A stretch of DNA of 64,000 bases from Promethearchaeota archaeon (GCA_008080735.1 SHMW01000003.1:1-64000), one strand, 5' to 3'; positions 39,887 through 50,551 are shown, numbered from the stretch's first letter. A program made the numbers and translations. The notes: generated by a model not told the origin, from the sequence alone.

Positions 39887-41227
39887 TCAGTACGGTTCTC
39901 TAACTTTTTTTTCTAATTTATTTATTAATATTTTTAAATCTTCTAATTCGGGTTTCTTAGATTTTAATCCTACCCTTTTTCGTGCGGATTTTGAAAACAT
40001 TGCCACGGTTCCCATTTTTTTAAATGCTTCTATCTCTTGTGAGAATCCATCAGTACTATTCCCCTTATTTTGGGCCAAATTACGTAGAGTAGTAAAAATT
40101 TCCACCAACCCAACCCGCATCGGACATAATTCATAACACACATAGCAATCGAGACATAGCCATATGGACGAGTCTGTAAGCACTTGCTCTAATCGGCCAT
40201 TTAAGATTTTTTTAACAATTTCTTGCGGATTAAATGTCTGGGGCATATATTTTGCGACAGGACAATCGCTGTTACATGCGCCACATGAGTAACATTCTTT
40301 CAAGAATTCCACATCAAAATATTTTTTAATTTCTTTGTTCTTTTCGTGAATTGAATCGATTTTAGCAAATATTTTCTCTACTGGAGTTCGATGGTATTTC
40401 TTGATAATGTCTCTGATATCAATCCCTAATGCAATACAGAGCAATTCAGAATAGTAAAATACAGGAATATCGAATTCATAGTCTAATCTTTTCAGCTCTC
40501 TTTGAAGATGATCGAACTGCATAAAACATTGAGGACACCCCACCACGATCGCATCTGCGCCTACTTCCTTTATGCTTTCTAGCTTTGAATGGATCATTTC
40601 TAATCCCGCATCAGAATTCCCCGCCCTCTCTAAACTTCCTCCGCAACAGTCCATTTTGTGGATATAATCAACACTTTTTGCTCCTAAATCTTCGATTAGC
40701 TTGTCAAAAATATGCGGTTCCATCGGATCGTCCATTTGTATCTTATTACTTGGTCGGAGAAAATGACACCCATAATGAACCGCAACTTTTAGAGATGTTA
40801 AGGGATATTTTATCTTTTCTTTAATGGTATCGCTTCCTAACTGATGAAAAAATTCAACGAGGTGGAATACATCGCTGTCTCCTTCAACTTTTAGGTTTAT
40901 TTCACTCAAATGGTTATTCATTTTTTCACGAAAATGGCTATCCACTCTGAGTTCACTCCGAATTCCTTTTAATGTCTCAAAACACCCGTTACAAGGAGTT
41001 AAAATATCTTTTTCTTGGGTTTCAGCTAATGCAAGATTTCTTGATGCGGTGATGGAATATAAGACGGAATCCGTATTTTTAATTCCATTTGGTTCTGGAC
41101 AACATGAAAATTTCTCATTCTCCCAATAATTAATCTCAAAATGCTCTAAAGCTTTTTTCACTGATACTTCGATGAAGGGTAATCGATAACTAATCATGCA
41201 ACCTGGGAAAAGTACTATATCATCCAT
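39887..41227 (-). CDS. Heterodisulfide reductase HdrB-HdrC fusion protein
   Basis: Two CCG-type domains (GC..CCP..CNGC; YGCH..CCGG..CPQC) followed by two CxxCxxCxxxCP motifs. Confidence 0.88.
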   Translation of the reverse strand: MDDIVLFPGCMISYRLPFIEVSVKKALEHFEINYWENEKFSCCPEPNGIKNTDSVLYSITASRNLALAETQEKDILTPCNGCFETLKGIRSELRVDSHFREKMNNHLSEINLKVEGDSDVFHLVEFFHQLGSDTIKEKIKYPLTSLKVAVHYGCHFLRPSNKIQMDDPMEPHIFDKLIEDLGAKSVDYIHKMDCCGGSLERAGNSDAGLEMIHSKLESIKEVGADAIVVGCPQCFMQFDHLQRELKRLDYEFDIPVFYYSELLCIALGIDIRDIIKKYHRTPVEKIFAKIDSIHEKNKEIKKYFDVEFLKECYSCGACNSDCPVAKYMPQTFNPQEIVKKILNGRLEQVLTDSSIWLCLDCYVCYELCPMRVGLVEIFTTLRNLAQNKGNSTDGFSQEIEAFKKMGTVAMFSKSARKRVGLKSKKPELEDLKILINKLEKKVREPY

Positions 41228-41548
41228 TCGAAACGGCCTAAAGATAGTCTATTTTTTTTAATAAATAATTATATCTGACCTATATAATATATACTAACTT
41301 AATTTATAAAAATTTCTGTGAGATACAGAAGTTTTATTATTCTTCATTTAGGGTCCTATAAATATCTCAGTATTATAGTTAACAAGCTATATTGGATATA
41401 TCAGATGAATTTAGATATATTTCCCGAGATGATTCACACTCATAAATTGAATTATTGGATATAGACTTATATCGAAATATTTAACTCATTCTTTTTAAGC
41501 GAGGGGTGATTCTTTACATTTAGAAAATTCAAAATAAAGGCGTCTCTA

Positions 41549-42955
41549 ATGGGAAAAATAAAAGAATTTCTAAACAAGAATTTTTACAAGATTTTTAATG
41601 ATTCGCATATTTTCTATACATTAATTTTCTTCGTATCCGCACTTCTGGTAGCGTTATTAAGCCTAATACCCTTAGCTAATGTGGGAAATGTGGTGTTATT
41701 TCTCTCTACTTCAATCTCCCTTACATTTATCTTGCTGATGTTCATCGCGCTCATCCCCGCTTTACGAGACTTTTTGTTTTCTGAAGAGAAAAGATTTGAA
41801 AGAAATAAAATTATTGGATTTTTTGGAACCTATTTGATAAGTTTTATTATCACTCTTATCTATTTTCTTTTGGGTAGTAGTACAAATTTAACGGTGGAAT
41901 TTTTTGGCTGGGACGTGTTGCTTCCGATTTTATTTATTGTCATCTTTTTTGGATGGAATTTATTACAAATTCTTTTCCTCAGAAGCGGAATCGAGACTCT
42001 CTCAGAAAAGATTGAGGGAAAAATACTTCCAGATTATGAATCGCTGGAAAAGAAGGAAAAAGTCTCCGTAATAATCGTAATATGTGCTGTAATTATCCCT
42101 ATATTGTTACAGATCGCTCTATTGTTTGCTTTCAGTCCTTCATTTTCTACTCTTGGAGGAGAAGTGTATACGTGGTTTATTATTATAAATATAGTAATGT
42201 TCATCATTATTGGCATCACATCATGGAGACTCATATCTCTATATATCAAGAGTAAAGCAAATAATACTCCAAACATATTTTCTCCGTTTTTTTACACATT
42301 CATCTGGCTCTATCTCAGTTACCGCACATTTAGTTTCCTTAATTCGCTTCAAGGGGCGGGAAATGTTGGAGCAGATATATTTACAGCATTTATGGACATA
42401 TTGCTTATGATTTTAACTGCAATATTAGTTCTAAGAAGTTTAGGAGGAAAACTCTTTGGCGCGACCATTTTCAACGAAAACAATATGCCGTTCTTTCTGT
42501 ATGCATTTACAATGCTCTATATCCAAGGGCAGATCATCATGATCACTGGAGCGGGTAATTTGATTGGAGTCTTTAGCGATCAGAATCAAGTGGACATGGT
42601 AAATAACTTCTTAATTATCGTTATCACTGTGGGCTTTTATCTTTGGTACTCTTCATTTATGCTTCAGAGGAAAGGGTTGATTGAAAGAACCTTATTTACC
42701 CGTGATGAAATAATTGGAATTTTAAAGGATTATAGAGAACATTTAGATAATTTAGGATATATTAAAACACAGGACTTGGGTAAAGCAGAATTAAAAACAT
42801 TTTTAGACAAACAGAAAATAAGTTCTGAAGAAATATTTGAAAAACCTATTCAGAGCGAAAAGGAAAGCGATATTACCGAGAAATCGATGCAATCATCTAT
42901 AGAAGAAACTGAGACTGAGAAATCATCACCAAATGAGGAAAATCCTGACTATTGA
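41549..42955 (+). CDS. Hypothetical polytopic membrane protein with acidic tail
   Basis: 468 aa, about 10 TM helices. Confidence 0.75.
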   Translation: MGKIKEFLNKNFYKIFNDSHIFYTLIFFVSALLVALLSLIPLANVGNVVLFLSTSISLTFILLMFIALIPALRDFLFSEEKRFERNKIIGFFGTYLISFIITLIYFLLGSSTNLTVEFFGWDVLLPILFIVIFFGWNLLQILFLRSGIETLSEKIEGKILPDYESLEKKEKVSVIIVICAVIIPILLQIALLFAFSPSFSTLGGEVYTWFIIINIVMFIIIGITSWRLISLYIKSKANNTPNIFSPFFYTFIWLYLSYRTFSFLNSLQGAGNVGADIFTAFMDILLMILTAILVLRSLGGKLFGATIFNENNMPFFLYAFTMLYIQGQIIMITGAGNLIGVFSDQNQVDMVNNFLIIVITVGFYLWYSSFMLQRKGLIERTLFTRDEIIGILKDYREHLDNLGYIKTQDLGKAELKTFLDKQKISSEEIFEKPIQSEKESDITEKSMQSSIEETETEKSSPNEENPDY

Positions 42956-43165
42956 ACACTTTTAATTTACTTTTTTCTTACTTTTTTCTTATACTCTAAT
43001 ATCATCCTATTGAAATTTCTATTAATAGAACTTTTCTTGTATTTTTAATGAGTACATCTTTCCAATCAAAATTATAAAAAATAGATAAAAAATATAAAAA
43101 AAAGGTTAAATTGAAATCACTAACAATCTTATTTTCAAACAAAAATAATTAATACTTCTTTTAAT

Positions 43166-44992
43166 ATGCGTAGTGAGTCATCCGAATATACGGCATTACA
43201 ATCTGAATTCTCTCCAGAACACGATCCTTTTAAAAAGGTAAGACAGAAAAGCTCAAACCGATGGATAATTTCTCATCTTTTCCATGGTACTAACAAAATA
43301 ATCATTTTTATTGTTTTTTTTAGTACCATCCTTTCTGCAAACCTCCAATCATTGAATATGGTTATAATAGGAAATGCGATCTCTGAGTTCCTTGTTGGAA
43401 ATGGATCTAATTTATTATTATATACCATATCGATCTTATTTGTCGGAATTGGGGGTTCTTTAGTTCGGCTTTTTAATTTTATGCTAAGAGAAATACTTGC
43501 CCAAAGAATGGAAAGAGACACACGTAAAGAATTTTTTATGATTTTATTAGGAAAGAGTCAATCCTTCCATGATCGTCAGAAAGTAGGCGATATAATGGCA
43601 AGGGCCACTGACGATGTGCGGAATCTGAATTTTCTTGTAAGCCCCGCTATTTCTCTTATTTTCGAATCTTTTACCAATTTGATTATACCTATAATATATA
43701 TCTTCCTATTTTATCCTCCCGAATTAATAATCACTCCAATTGGATTTACTATCGTGTTTTTGTGTGCACTTCGAAGTTACAGTAGAAATATTGGTCCCGT
43801 CTCTCGAGATTTAAGGTCTCAATATGGAAGGATGGGTGCTGTGCTCAATGAAGCGCTTTCTGGGATAGAAACTATCAAGGGAACCGCCCAAGAATCGAGT
43901 GAGGTGCTGAAATATTATAGAAGTGCTAAGAAGTACAGGGATTTTTATATAGAGCAAGGACGTGTCCAAGCTAAATATTTACCAATACTTTTCTATGCAT
44001 TATCTATAACAATTGGACTAGGGCATAGTATTTTCCTATATATTAATGGACTTGTGGATATTGGACAAATAGTCGGATATGTGGGATTATTAACTTTATA
44101 TAGATTTCCGACAAATATCTCAATCTTCGTTTTCTCCTACATTAAATTAGCAACGGCAGGGGCTGAAAGATTGCTGGAGTTGATGAATCAAGAGACAGAA
44201 ATTGATGAGAATATTGAAGGGATATCGAAAGACATTAGCGGTAAAATTGAATTCAAGAAAGTGTCTTTTACATATCCAGATGGAGAAACTCCAGTATTAA
44301 AAAACATTTCATTTAAAGTTGATCAAGGAATGACTGTGGCAATCGTGGGAACCACGGGTGCCGGGAAAACAACTTTAACCAAATTGATCTCAAGACTTTA
44401 TGATATTGAAAGAGGAAAAATCTTAATTGATGATATTGACGTTAAGAACTATTCGTTAAAATCTCTTCGGAATCAAATTTCCTATATAGAACAAGATCTG
44501 TTCCTCTTTTCAGATACGATATTTCAGAATATCTCGTTTGGAAGGGTAAGCTCTAAGGAGGAGGTGATTTATGCCGCCAAGCAAGCACAAGCAAATGATT
44601 TTATTATGAATTTTCCCGATGGCTATGAAACAAAGGTGGGGGAGAGGGGAGTGACCTTGAGCGGTGGAGAAAAACAGAGGATTGCGATAGCAAGAGCCTT
44701 TTTGACTGATCCAAGGATCTTGATACTAGATGATTCTACATCTGCAATTGATTCTGAGACCGAAGACAAAATTCAGAAGGCAATACGAAACATCCTTAAG
44801 GATAGAACAACCTTCCTCATTACTCACAGATTAAGTCAAATCAGATGGGCTGATCTAATAATTGTCCTTAAGAAAGGTGAGATTGTCGCAAAAGGAAGAC
44901 ATGAGGAATTGATCTTAACATCGGAAGAATATCGGAAAATTTTTGTTAAAAAGTTTGATGTAAAAGTAGAAGAATTACTGGATGGTGAATAG
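43166..44992 (+). CDS. ABC exporter half-transporter (degenerate Walker B)
   Basis: TMD plus GTTGAGKT, LSGGEKQR and LDDSTS. Confidence 0.92.
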   Translation: MRSESSEYTALQSEFSPEHDPFKKVRQKSSNRWIISHLFHGTNKIIIFIVFFSTILSANLQSLNMVIIGNAISEFLVGNGSNLLLYTISILFVGIGGSLVRLFNFMLREILAQRMERDTRKEFFMILLGKSQSFHDRQKVGDIMARATDDVRNLNFLVSPAISLIFESFTNLIIPIIYIFLFYPPELIITPIGFTIVFLCALRSYSRNIGPVSRDLRSQYGRMGAVLNEALSGIETIKGTAQESSEVLKYYRSAKKYRDFYIEQGRVQAKYLPILFYALSITIGLGHSIFLYINGLVDIGQIVGYVGLLTLYRFPTNISIFVFSYIKLATAGAERLLELMNQETEIDENIEGISKDISGKIEFKKVSFTYPDGETPVLKNISFKVDQGMTVAIVGTTGAGKTTLTKLISRLYDIERGKILIDDIDVKNYSLKSLRNQISYIEQDLFLFSDTIFQNISFGRVSSKEEVIYAAKQAQANDFIMNFPDGYETKVGERGVTLSGGEKQRIAIARAFLTDPRILILDDSTSAIDSETEDKIQKAIRNILKDRTTFLITHRLSQIRWADLIIVLKKGEIVAKGRHEELILTSEEYRKIFVKKFDVKVEELLDGE

Positions 44993-46799
44993 AATGTCGG
45001 GAATTGGATTAGAAGCAGAAAAATATGACAGAAAATATTCTGATATAAATTTATTGAAACGAATTTCTTCATATTTCAAACCCTATTCTCGAAACTTGGT
45101 TGTAGTAGTCTTCTTTTTAGCATTATATTCTTTAACTAGTTCTTTTGTTCCTATTCTCTCCAGACTTATTATTAATGAATTATCTGCTAACCAAAATGTG
45201 TTTTATCTAAGCTTTGTCTTGGCGGTTATTTTAGGGTTTAATCTTTTAAATTGGATATTTAATTATTTCCGTCAGATCAATTCTGCTAAAATGATCGGTG
45301 GAGTTGTGTTAGACCTTAGAAGAGATGCTACGCGTGCTACATTGAACCATGATCTCTCATTTTTTGATAAAAATCCTACGGGAAAAATCGTTAGCCGAAT
45401 CAATTCTGATGGTAAAGATTTTGCCCAAACCGTCGAACTCTCAATCCAATTACTCTCTTCCCTCCTTATTATTGTAATTCTTCTTGTGTTCATGATATTT
45501 ATAAATTTAATTCTAACTGTTGCATTTATTATCTCTGTGCCACTTTTTTTCATTATTGCATTCTCATTTAGAAAAATTGCCCGAGAAAAGACCTTAAAAG
45601 GCCAAAGAGCTCGAGCAAATGTAAATTCATTTATAAAAGAAAGTTTTTCAGGGATCCAAATCGCAAAAACATTCCGTCGTGAGGAGAAATTATTTAAAAA
45701 ATTTAATCAAATCAATCAATCATCATACGACGTCAATCTGAAACGCGCGTGGGTTTTGAACGCTATCTTTCCAAGCTTAGGAATCATACAGGGAGTATTA
45801 ATAGCTTTATTGGTATATTTTGGGGGCTTTGGTGTATTAAATGGTATAATAAGCGGTGGAGATCTATACCTGTTTTTACAAAGTATTTGGTTATTGTTTT
45901 TTCCCATATTTACAATTGCCTCTTTTTGGCCCCAATTCCAAGCTGGTTTAGCAGCAGCTGAGCGGAGCTTTTCATTAATAGATGCTGAACCTAAGGTTAA
46001 ACAAACCAATAATATAATACCAAAAAATTTGAGAGGGAAAATCGAATTTAAAAATTTAGTGTTTCGATACGAAGAAGGCAAGAATGTGTTCGAGAATTTC
46101 AATCTCACCATCGCACCGGGAGAAACCGTCGCATTAGTTGGTCATACAGGCGCAGGTAAATCGAGCATTGCTAATCTTATCGCACGGTTTTATGAATTTC
46201 AAGGGGGAAAAATTTTAATTGATGGGAAGGATATTAGAGAGTTCGATTTGGATGCATATAGACGAGAATTAGGAATTATTCCTCAGACCCCATTTCTCTG
46301 GGCTGATACTGTGGAGAATAATATCAAATACTGTTGTTTATCTGCAACCAGCGACGACGTTATAGATACATTAGATAAGGTGGGTGGATATGATTGGATT
46401 GATGATCTTTCCGAAGGTTTAGATACAAATATACGGGAAAGGGGAAGTCTCCTTTCGATGGGACAGAGACAATTGGTAGTTTTTGCTCGCGTACTTCTTG
46501 AAGATCCCTCGATATTGATTCTGGATGAGGCAACCGCGTCTGTTGACCCATTTACCGAAACACGTATCCAAGAGGCTGTTGAACGTATAATTCAAGGCAG
46601 AACTTCGATTATAATCGCCCATCGGCTATGGACCGTTAGACATGTGGACAGAATAATCGTAATTGATCATGGAGAGATTATTGAACAAGGAGACCATGAT
46701 GAACTAATGGAAATGGGAGGTAAATATGCGGAACTCTATAATACATACTTCAGACATCAATCATTTGAATATATTGAAAAAATGAAAGAAAATAAATAA
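44982..46799 (+). CDS. ABC exporter half-transporter (heterodimer partner)
   Basis: TMD plus GHTGAGKS, LSMGQRQ, LDEAT and AHRL. Confidence 0.92.
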   Translation: MVNRMSGIGLEAEKYDRKYSDINLLKRISSYFKPYSRNLVVVVFFLALYSLTSSFVPILSRLIINELSANQNVFYLSFVLAVILGFNLLNWIFNYFRQINSAKMIGGVVLDLRRDATRATLNHDLSFFDKNPTGKIVSRINSDGKDFAQTVELSIQLLSSLLIIVILLVFMIFINLILTVAFIISVPLFFIIAFSFRKIAREKTLKGQRARANVNSFIKESFSGIQIAKTFRREEKLFKKFNQINQSSYDVNLKRAWVLNAIFPSLGIIQGVLIALLVYFGGFGVLNGIISGGDLYLFLQSIWLLFFPIFTIASFWPQFQAGLAAAERSFSLIDAEPKVKQTNNIIPKNLRGKIEFKNLVFRYEEGKNVFENFNLTIAPGETVALVGHTGAGKSSIANLIARFYEFQGGKILIDGKDIREFDLDAYRRELGIIPQTPFLWADTVENNIKYCCLSATSDDVIDTLDKVGGYDWIDDLSEGLDTNIRERGSLLSMGQRQLVVFARVLLEDPSILILDEATASVDPFTETRIQEAVERIIQGRTSIIIAHRLWTVRHVDRIIVIDHGEIIEQGDHDELMEMGGKYAELYNTYFRHQSFEYIEKMKENK

Positions 46800-46837
46800 T
46801 GGGAACTTGAATTCAATATTACTGTTCCCAATTATTT
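46794..46837. terminator. Inverted repeat spanning two convergent stop codons
   Basis: AAATAAT-GGGAAC...GTTCCC-A-ATTATTT. Confidence 0.35.
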
Positions 46838-47203
46838 GAGCTCTTGATAATATTCAAGTACCTTGAGAGCAAATCGACTACTCACTGTCGCGGGTCCACC
46901 GCCCATCTCGACTGCAACTTCAATTGTTTCTATTATCTGACTTTTTGAAGCTCCTGCTTTGAGTGCCTCATGTATATGCCATTCCATACATGACTCACAG
47001 TTAATTGCTATGGATATTCCAAGTGCAATCAGTTCCTTATAGATTTTTTTGAGATTTCTGTTTGAAAATGCCTCTTTTTCCATTTGTAAAAAGGCATCAT
47101 ATACTTTTGATTTTAATTCTATAAGTGTCTGGTGGGCCTTATTTCGATCAGAGATTATTTTTTGGATTTTTTCTTTATCTTCTTTATCCATTCCAATTTT
47201 CAC
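46832..47203 (-). CDS. Carboxymuconolactone decarboxylase/AhpD-like protein
   Basis: KELIALGISIAINCESCMEWH...A...GA and MGGGP. Confidence 0.88.
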   Translation of the reverse strand: MKIGMDKEDKEKIQKIISDRNKAHQTLIELKSKVYDAFLQMEKEAFSNRNLKKIYKELIALGISIAINCESCMEWHIHEALKAGASKSQIIETIEVAVEMGGGPATVSSRFALKVLEYYQELK

Positions 47204-47385
47204 CTTTAATTAAGGATTTTATGAATTGAAACATCTAATAACATCTCACAATAAATTAAATAGCAGAAAAATTAAAGATATATAAAAATTCCTAGGAATC
47301 AATTGGCAATTTTATGTTTGCTTTGGGCAATATAAAAAGGTTTGCTTAGATGAAATAATGAATCCTAATTTGCTTTATGCTCATT

Positions 47386-47976
47386 TCAAAATTCAATGAA
47401 CAAGTCCTCCAACTTTTTACTCTTATCTCGTTTCATAAAAAATACTGCTAATCCGATGATTATCGCAATCGATCCTATTGTCGAGGGAATAATTATGTTG
47501 AGATAAATGGGTGGATTGTGATCATCTGATTTGGAGGAAACTTTCTTATGTATCTGGATGCTAATACCTGGTGTATTGGGAAAAAAGTTATTGATATTGA
47601 ACGGTTCTTCAAGATAAAAGATATAGGATGTAATGTAAAAATCAGCCGCACCAGCGCTCAAATTCAGATTTAGTGAGGAAATTGGTATGGTGAGTAAAAC
47701 CGAAATATAACCCTTTTGTGTAAATAATTCACTCATCCAGACCAAATTGCCTGTTTCAAATGTGGTGCTATTGTAGATACGAACACTAACTTGGTTATCA
47801 ACCGCCGTTTCTGGAATATACCAAGAGCCATTTAAGATTATAGTCTCGTCCTCATAAAAACTATCCTTGTTTACATCTATCTCATAAGAAAAGGTTGCGT
47901 TTGCATTTTGAAATCCTTCAAGAACAAGTATTCCAAATAATGAGAGGAGTATAAATGCAATATACCTTTTTTTCAT
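47386..47976 (-). CDS. Exported protein with C-terminal membrane anchor
   Basis: N-terminal signal peptide; C-terminal TM followed by basic residues. Confidence 0.7.
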   Translation of the reverse strand: MKKRYIAFILLSLFGILVLEGFQNANATFSYEIDVNKDSFYEDETIILNGSWYIPETAVDNQVSVRIYNSTTFETGNLVWMSELFTQKGYISVLLTIPISSLNLNLSAGAADFYITSYIFYLEEPFNINNFFPNTPGISIQIHKKVSSKSDDHNPPIYLNIIIPSTIGSIAIIIGLAVFFMKRDKSKKLEDLFIEF

Positions 47977-48096
47977 ATCAACAATTTTGACAAAAACTAT
48001 AAAAAATCCACATTAATTGATTTGTTCCCCTTTCGTATGCCCATTGATTTGATTATTGAGTGATAAAATAAAAAATAAAAAAAATTGGAATTGAAA

Positions 48097-49452
48097 TTAT
48101 AATCTTTGGATATATCTATCGCGTTCCCACTCAGATACAACCGTTCTATATGCATCATATTCTTCCAGTTTTGCGTAATAATAGTTTTTAAACATCTGTT
48201 CTCCGAAAATCTCTTTCATCATTTCTGATTCTTTAAATTCGTTTAAGGCAGCTCTGAGACTACCTGGAAGGGAAATAATACCCGCTTTTTCGAGGTCTTT
48301 GGTAGAGAAATGATAGACATTTTTATCTGTGGGTTCAGGAATTTCAATATCATTTGAGGTTATGCCTTCTAATCCAGTCCCTAACAGCACGGCAAATTGA
48401 AGATATGGGTTCCCGGATGGATCCGGACACCTGATTTCACATCGTGCTGAATTGGGTTTTTCATGGAAATCGGGTACTCTTATCAAAGGAGAGCGATTTC
48501 GGAAGCCCCAAGCGACATATACAGGAGCTTCATAGCCAGGTACTAATCGTTTATACGAGTTTGGCCAGCTCGATAATACGGGACACATAGCTTTAGCATA
48601 TTTTAATTGCCCCGCAATCCATTTTTTCATCTGCATTGAGATAAAAGCTTCATCGGTCTCATCATAAAATACATTTTTCCCATCTTTCCATAAACTCTGG
48701 TGGACGTGCATACCCGAACCGTTTATCCCTTGAAAAGGCTTGGGCATAAAGGTAGCAGTCATATCATTCTGGGCGGCCACAGTTTTAATGATGGTTTTGA
48801 TAGTAATTGTATTATCTGCCGAGTTGACCGCCTCATCATACCGGAAATCAACCTCGTGTTGTCCATATGCGACTTCGTGATGGAGTGCCTCAATTTCAAT
48901 ACCCATTCGATCACAATATTGAGCTATACGATATCTCATCATCTCGTTAATATCATACGGGTCATAATCGAAATATCCCCTGAGATCGCTTGGTTTGAAT
49001 TTCTCTTTTTGCGCTTCTTTGCTCAATATGAAAAACTCCATTTCAGGGGCGCAATAATATGTATATCCTAAATCTTTTGCTTTTTTCACGGTTTTTTGAA
49101 GGATGTATCTCGGATCACCTTCGTATCGGTCTCCGTCGGGCTTATAAATGTCGCAAATAACTCTCGCAACCTTATTTTCCTTTCTCCAGGGAAGGATATA
49201 AAATGTGCTGGGATCAGGAATCGCTACTTTATCGCTTTCCTCAATCGCTCCATAACCAGTAATGCTGGAGCCGTCAAAATTCTCTCCCACCTCCATAAAA
49301 TCTTCAATCCGCTTTGAATTGATTTCGAAAGATTTTATGAGACCGTGGATGTCTGTGAATTGAAGGTATATGAACTTGATATCTAGTTCTTTTACAGTTT
49401 CTATGACCTTTTCACAGACTTCCTTTCGCTGTGGGTCGTCTTTTTCAATCAT
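48097..49452 (-). CDS. glnA: Glutamine synthetase type I
   Basis: FDGSSI, EMEFF, HHEVA.GQHE, MPKP..G.NGSGMHVHQS, YKRLVPGYEAP and NRS..IRVP. Confidence 0.97.
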   Translation of the reverse strand: MIEKDDPQRKEVCEKVIETVKELDIKFIYLQFTDIHGLIKSFEINSKRIEDFMEVGENFDGSSITGYGAIEESDKVAIPDPSTFYILPWRKENKVARVICDIYKPDGDRYEGDPRYILQKTVKKAKDLGYTYYCAPEMEFFILSKEAQKEKFKPSDLRGYFDYDPYDINEMMRYRIAQYCDRMGIEIEALHHEVAYGQHEVDFRYDEAVNSADNTITIKTIIKTVAAQNDMTATFMPKPFQGINGSGMHVHQSLWKDGKNVFYDETDEAFISMQMKKWIAGQLKYAKAMCPVLSSWPNSYKRLVPGYEAPVYVAWGFRNRSPLIRVPDFHEKPNSARCEIRCPDPSGNPYLQFAVLLGTGLEGITSNDIEIPEPTDKNVYHFSTKDLEKAGIISLPGSLRAALNEFKESEMMKEIFGEQMFKNYYYAKLEEYDAYRTVVSEWERDRYIQRL

Positions 49453-49695
49453 TTTTTTGATGTACTTATATATATTTTTCTTAGTCTGGTTATATACTAC
49501 CTACTAAGTTATATTACTAAATGTTTTATTATTTAAAAAGTTTCCACTCTATTTTATTATTAATAAAAATATGTGGTATGATAAACTAATTTGCATGAAA
49601 ACAATTACACGTAATGAACCTAAAAATATAAATAATATCAAAGTCTTCTAATTATACCAGAAATTTAAAAAATGAAAATATAAAAAAAAATTGAA

Positions 49696-50187
49696 ATGGA
49701 CCTTTCTGAAGACGATTTGGATATTCTTACCAAATTGAGCCGAGATGGGCGGAAGACATATAATAAATTAGCCGAGGAGTTAAAAAAGTCTCCTGTAACC
49801 ATTAAGAAATACGTAGAGGAGCTCGAGAATAAGGGAATAATAGAGGGTTATGGAGTTACGATCAATTATGAACAATTAGGATTTGAAATTATCGCCTTAA
49901 TCGAACTGACGATTTCCAAAGGCAAGATGCTCGAAGTAGAGCGGGACATTGCCAAAAATCCGCACGTCTTCGGAGTATATGATATCACAGGGGAGTATGA
50001 TGCCCTTATTTTTGCTCGATTTAAGCGACGGGATGAATTGAGCCAGTTAGTCAAGGATATTAACTCGTATGAATATGTGATTCGAACGAATACTCATATT
50101 GTGTTGAATGTTATAAAGGAGGGGAGCTCATTTTCCGAATTAATGAAAGAGGAAGCAGCTAAAAATAAAGAAAAGAAATCATCCTAA
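49696..50187 (+). CDS. Lrp/AsnC family transcriptional regulator, divergent from glnA
   Basis: D..IL..L..DGR....LA HTH plus ITGEYD RAM domain. Confidence 0.92.
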   Translation: MDLSEDDLDILTKLSRDGRKTYNKLAEELKKSPVTIKKYVEELENKGIIEGYGVTINYEQLGFEIIALIELTISKGKMLEVERDIAKNPHVFGVYDITGEYDALIFARFKRRDELSQLVKDINSYEYVIRTNTHIVLNVIKEGSSFSELMKEEAAKNKEKKSS

Positions 50188-50339
50188 GTATAATGAAATC
50201 TGAAATTTAAAATAAAAGTGGCAGTTAGATGCTACAACAATTAAAAATCTGGAAAAGATTCAAGAACTCGAATTTCTATATAAAAGAGATTTTGAAAATT
50301 GTTGAAAACCTTATTCTTCAACAAAAGAGGTAATTGATC

Positions 50340-50545
50340 CGAGCGCGGCTACGATGGCATCTAGGAAGGCTATGGCCGCGTATATAGCATTAAAGGATGG
50401 TGATTGCGGTCTTGCTCCCTTTTATTTAGGAGAGATGATTCACTACATAGCAGATGTTTCATCTTATTGTCATACTCTGAAACACGACGAACTTGGTTAT
50501 ACGAACCATCAAATAGAAGGTGCCATTTTATTAAGAACAGGTTGA
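50340..50545 (+). pseudogene. Fragment of a zinc-dependent phospholipase C / S1-P1-like protein
   Basis: FYLGEMIHYIADVSSYCH resembles the LG..H...D....H Zn motif; truncated at both ends. Confidence 0.5.
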
Positions 50546-50551
50546 ACAACA

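Noticed and set aside
39887-41227. Selenocysteine recoding in Hdr or other redox genes
   Set aside because: No in-frame TGA interrupts these ORFs and no convincing SECIS-like stem was found.
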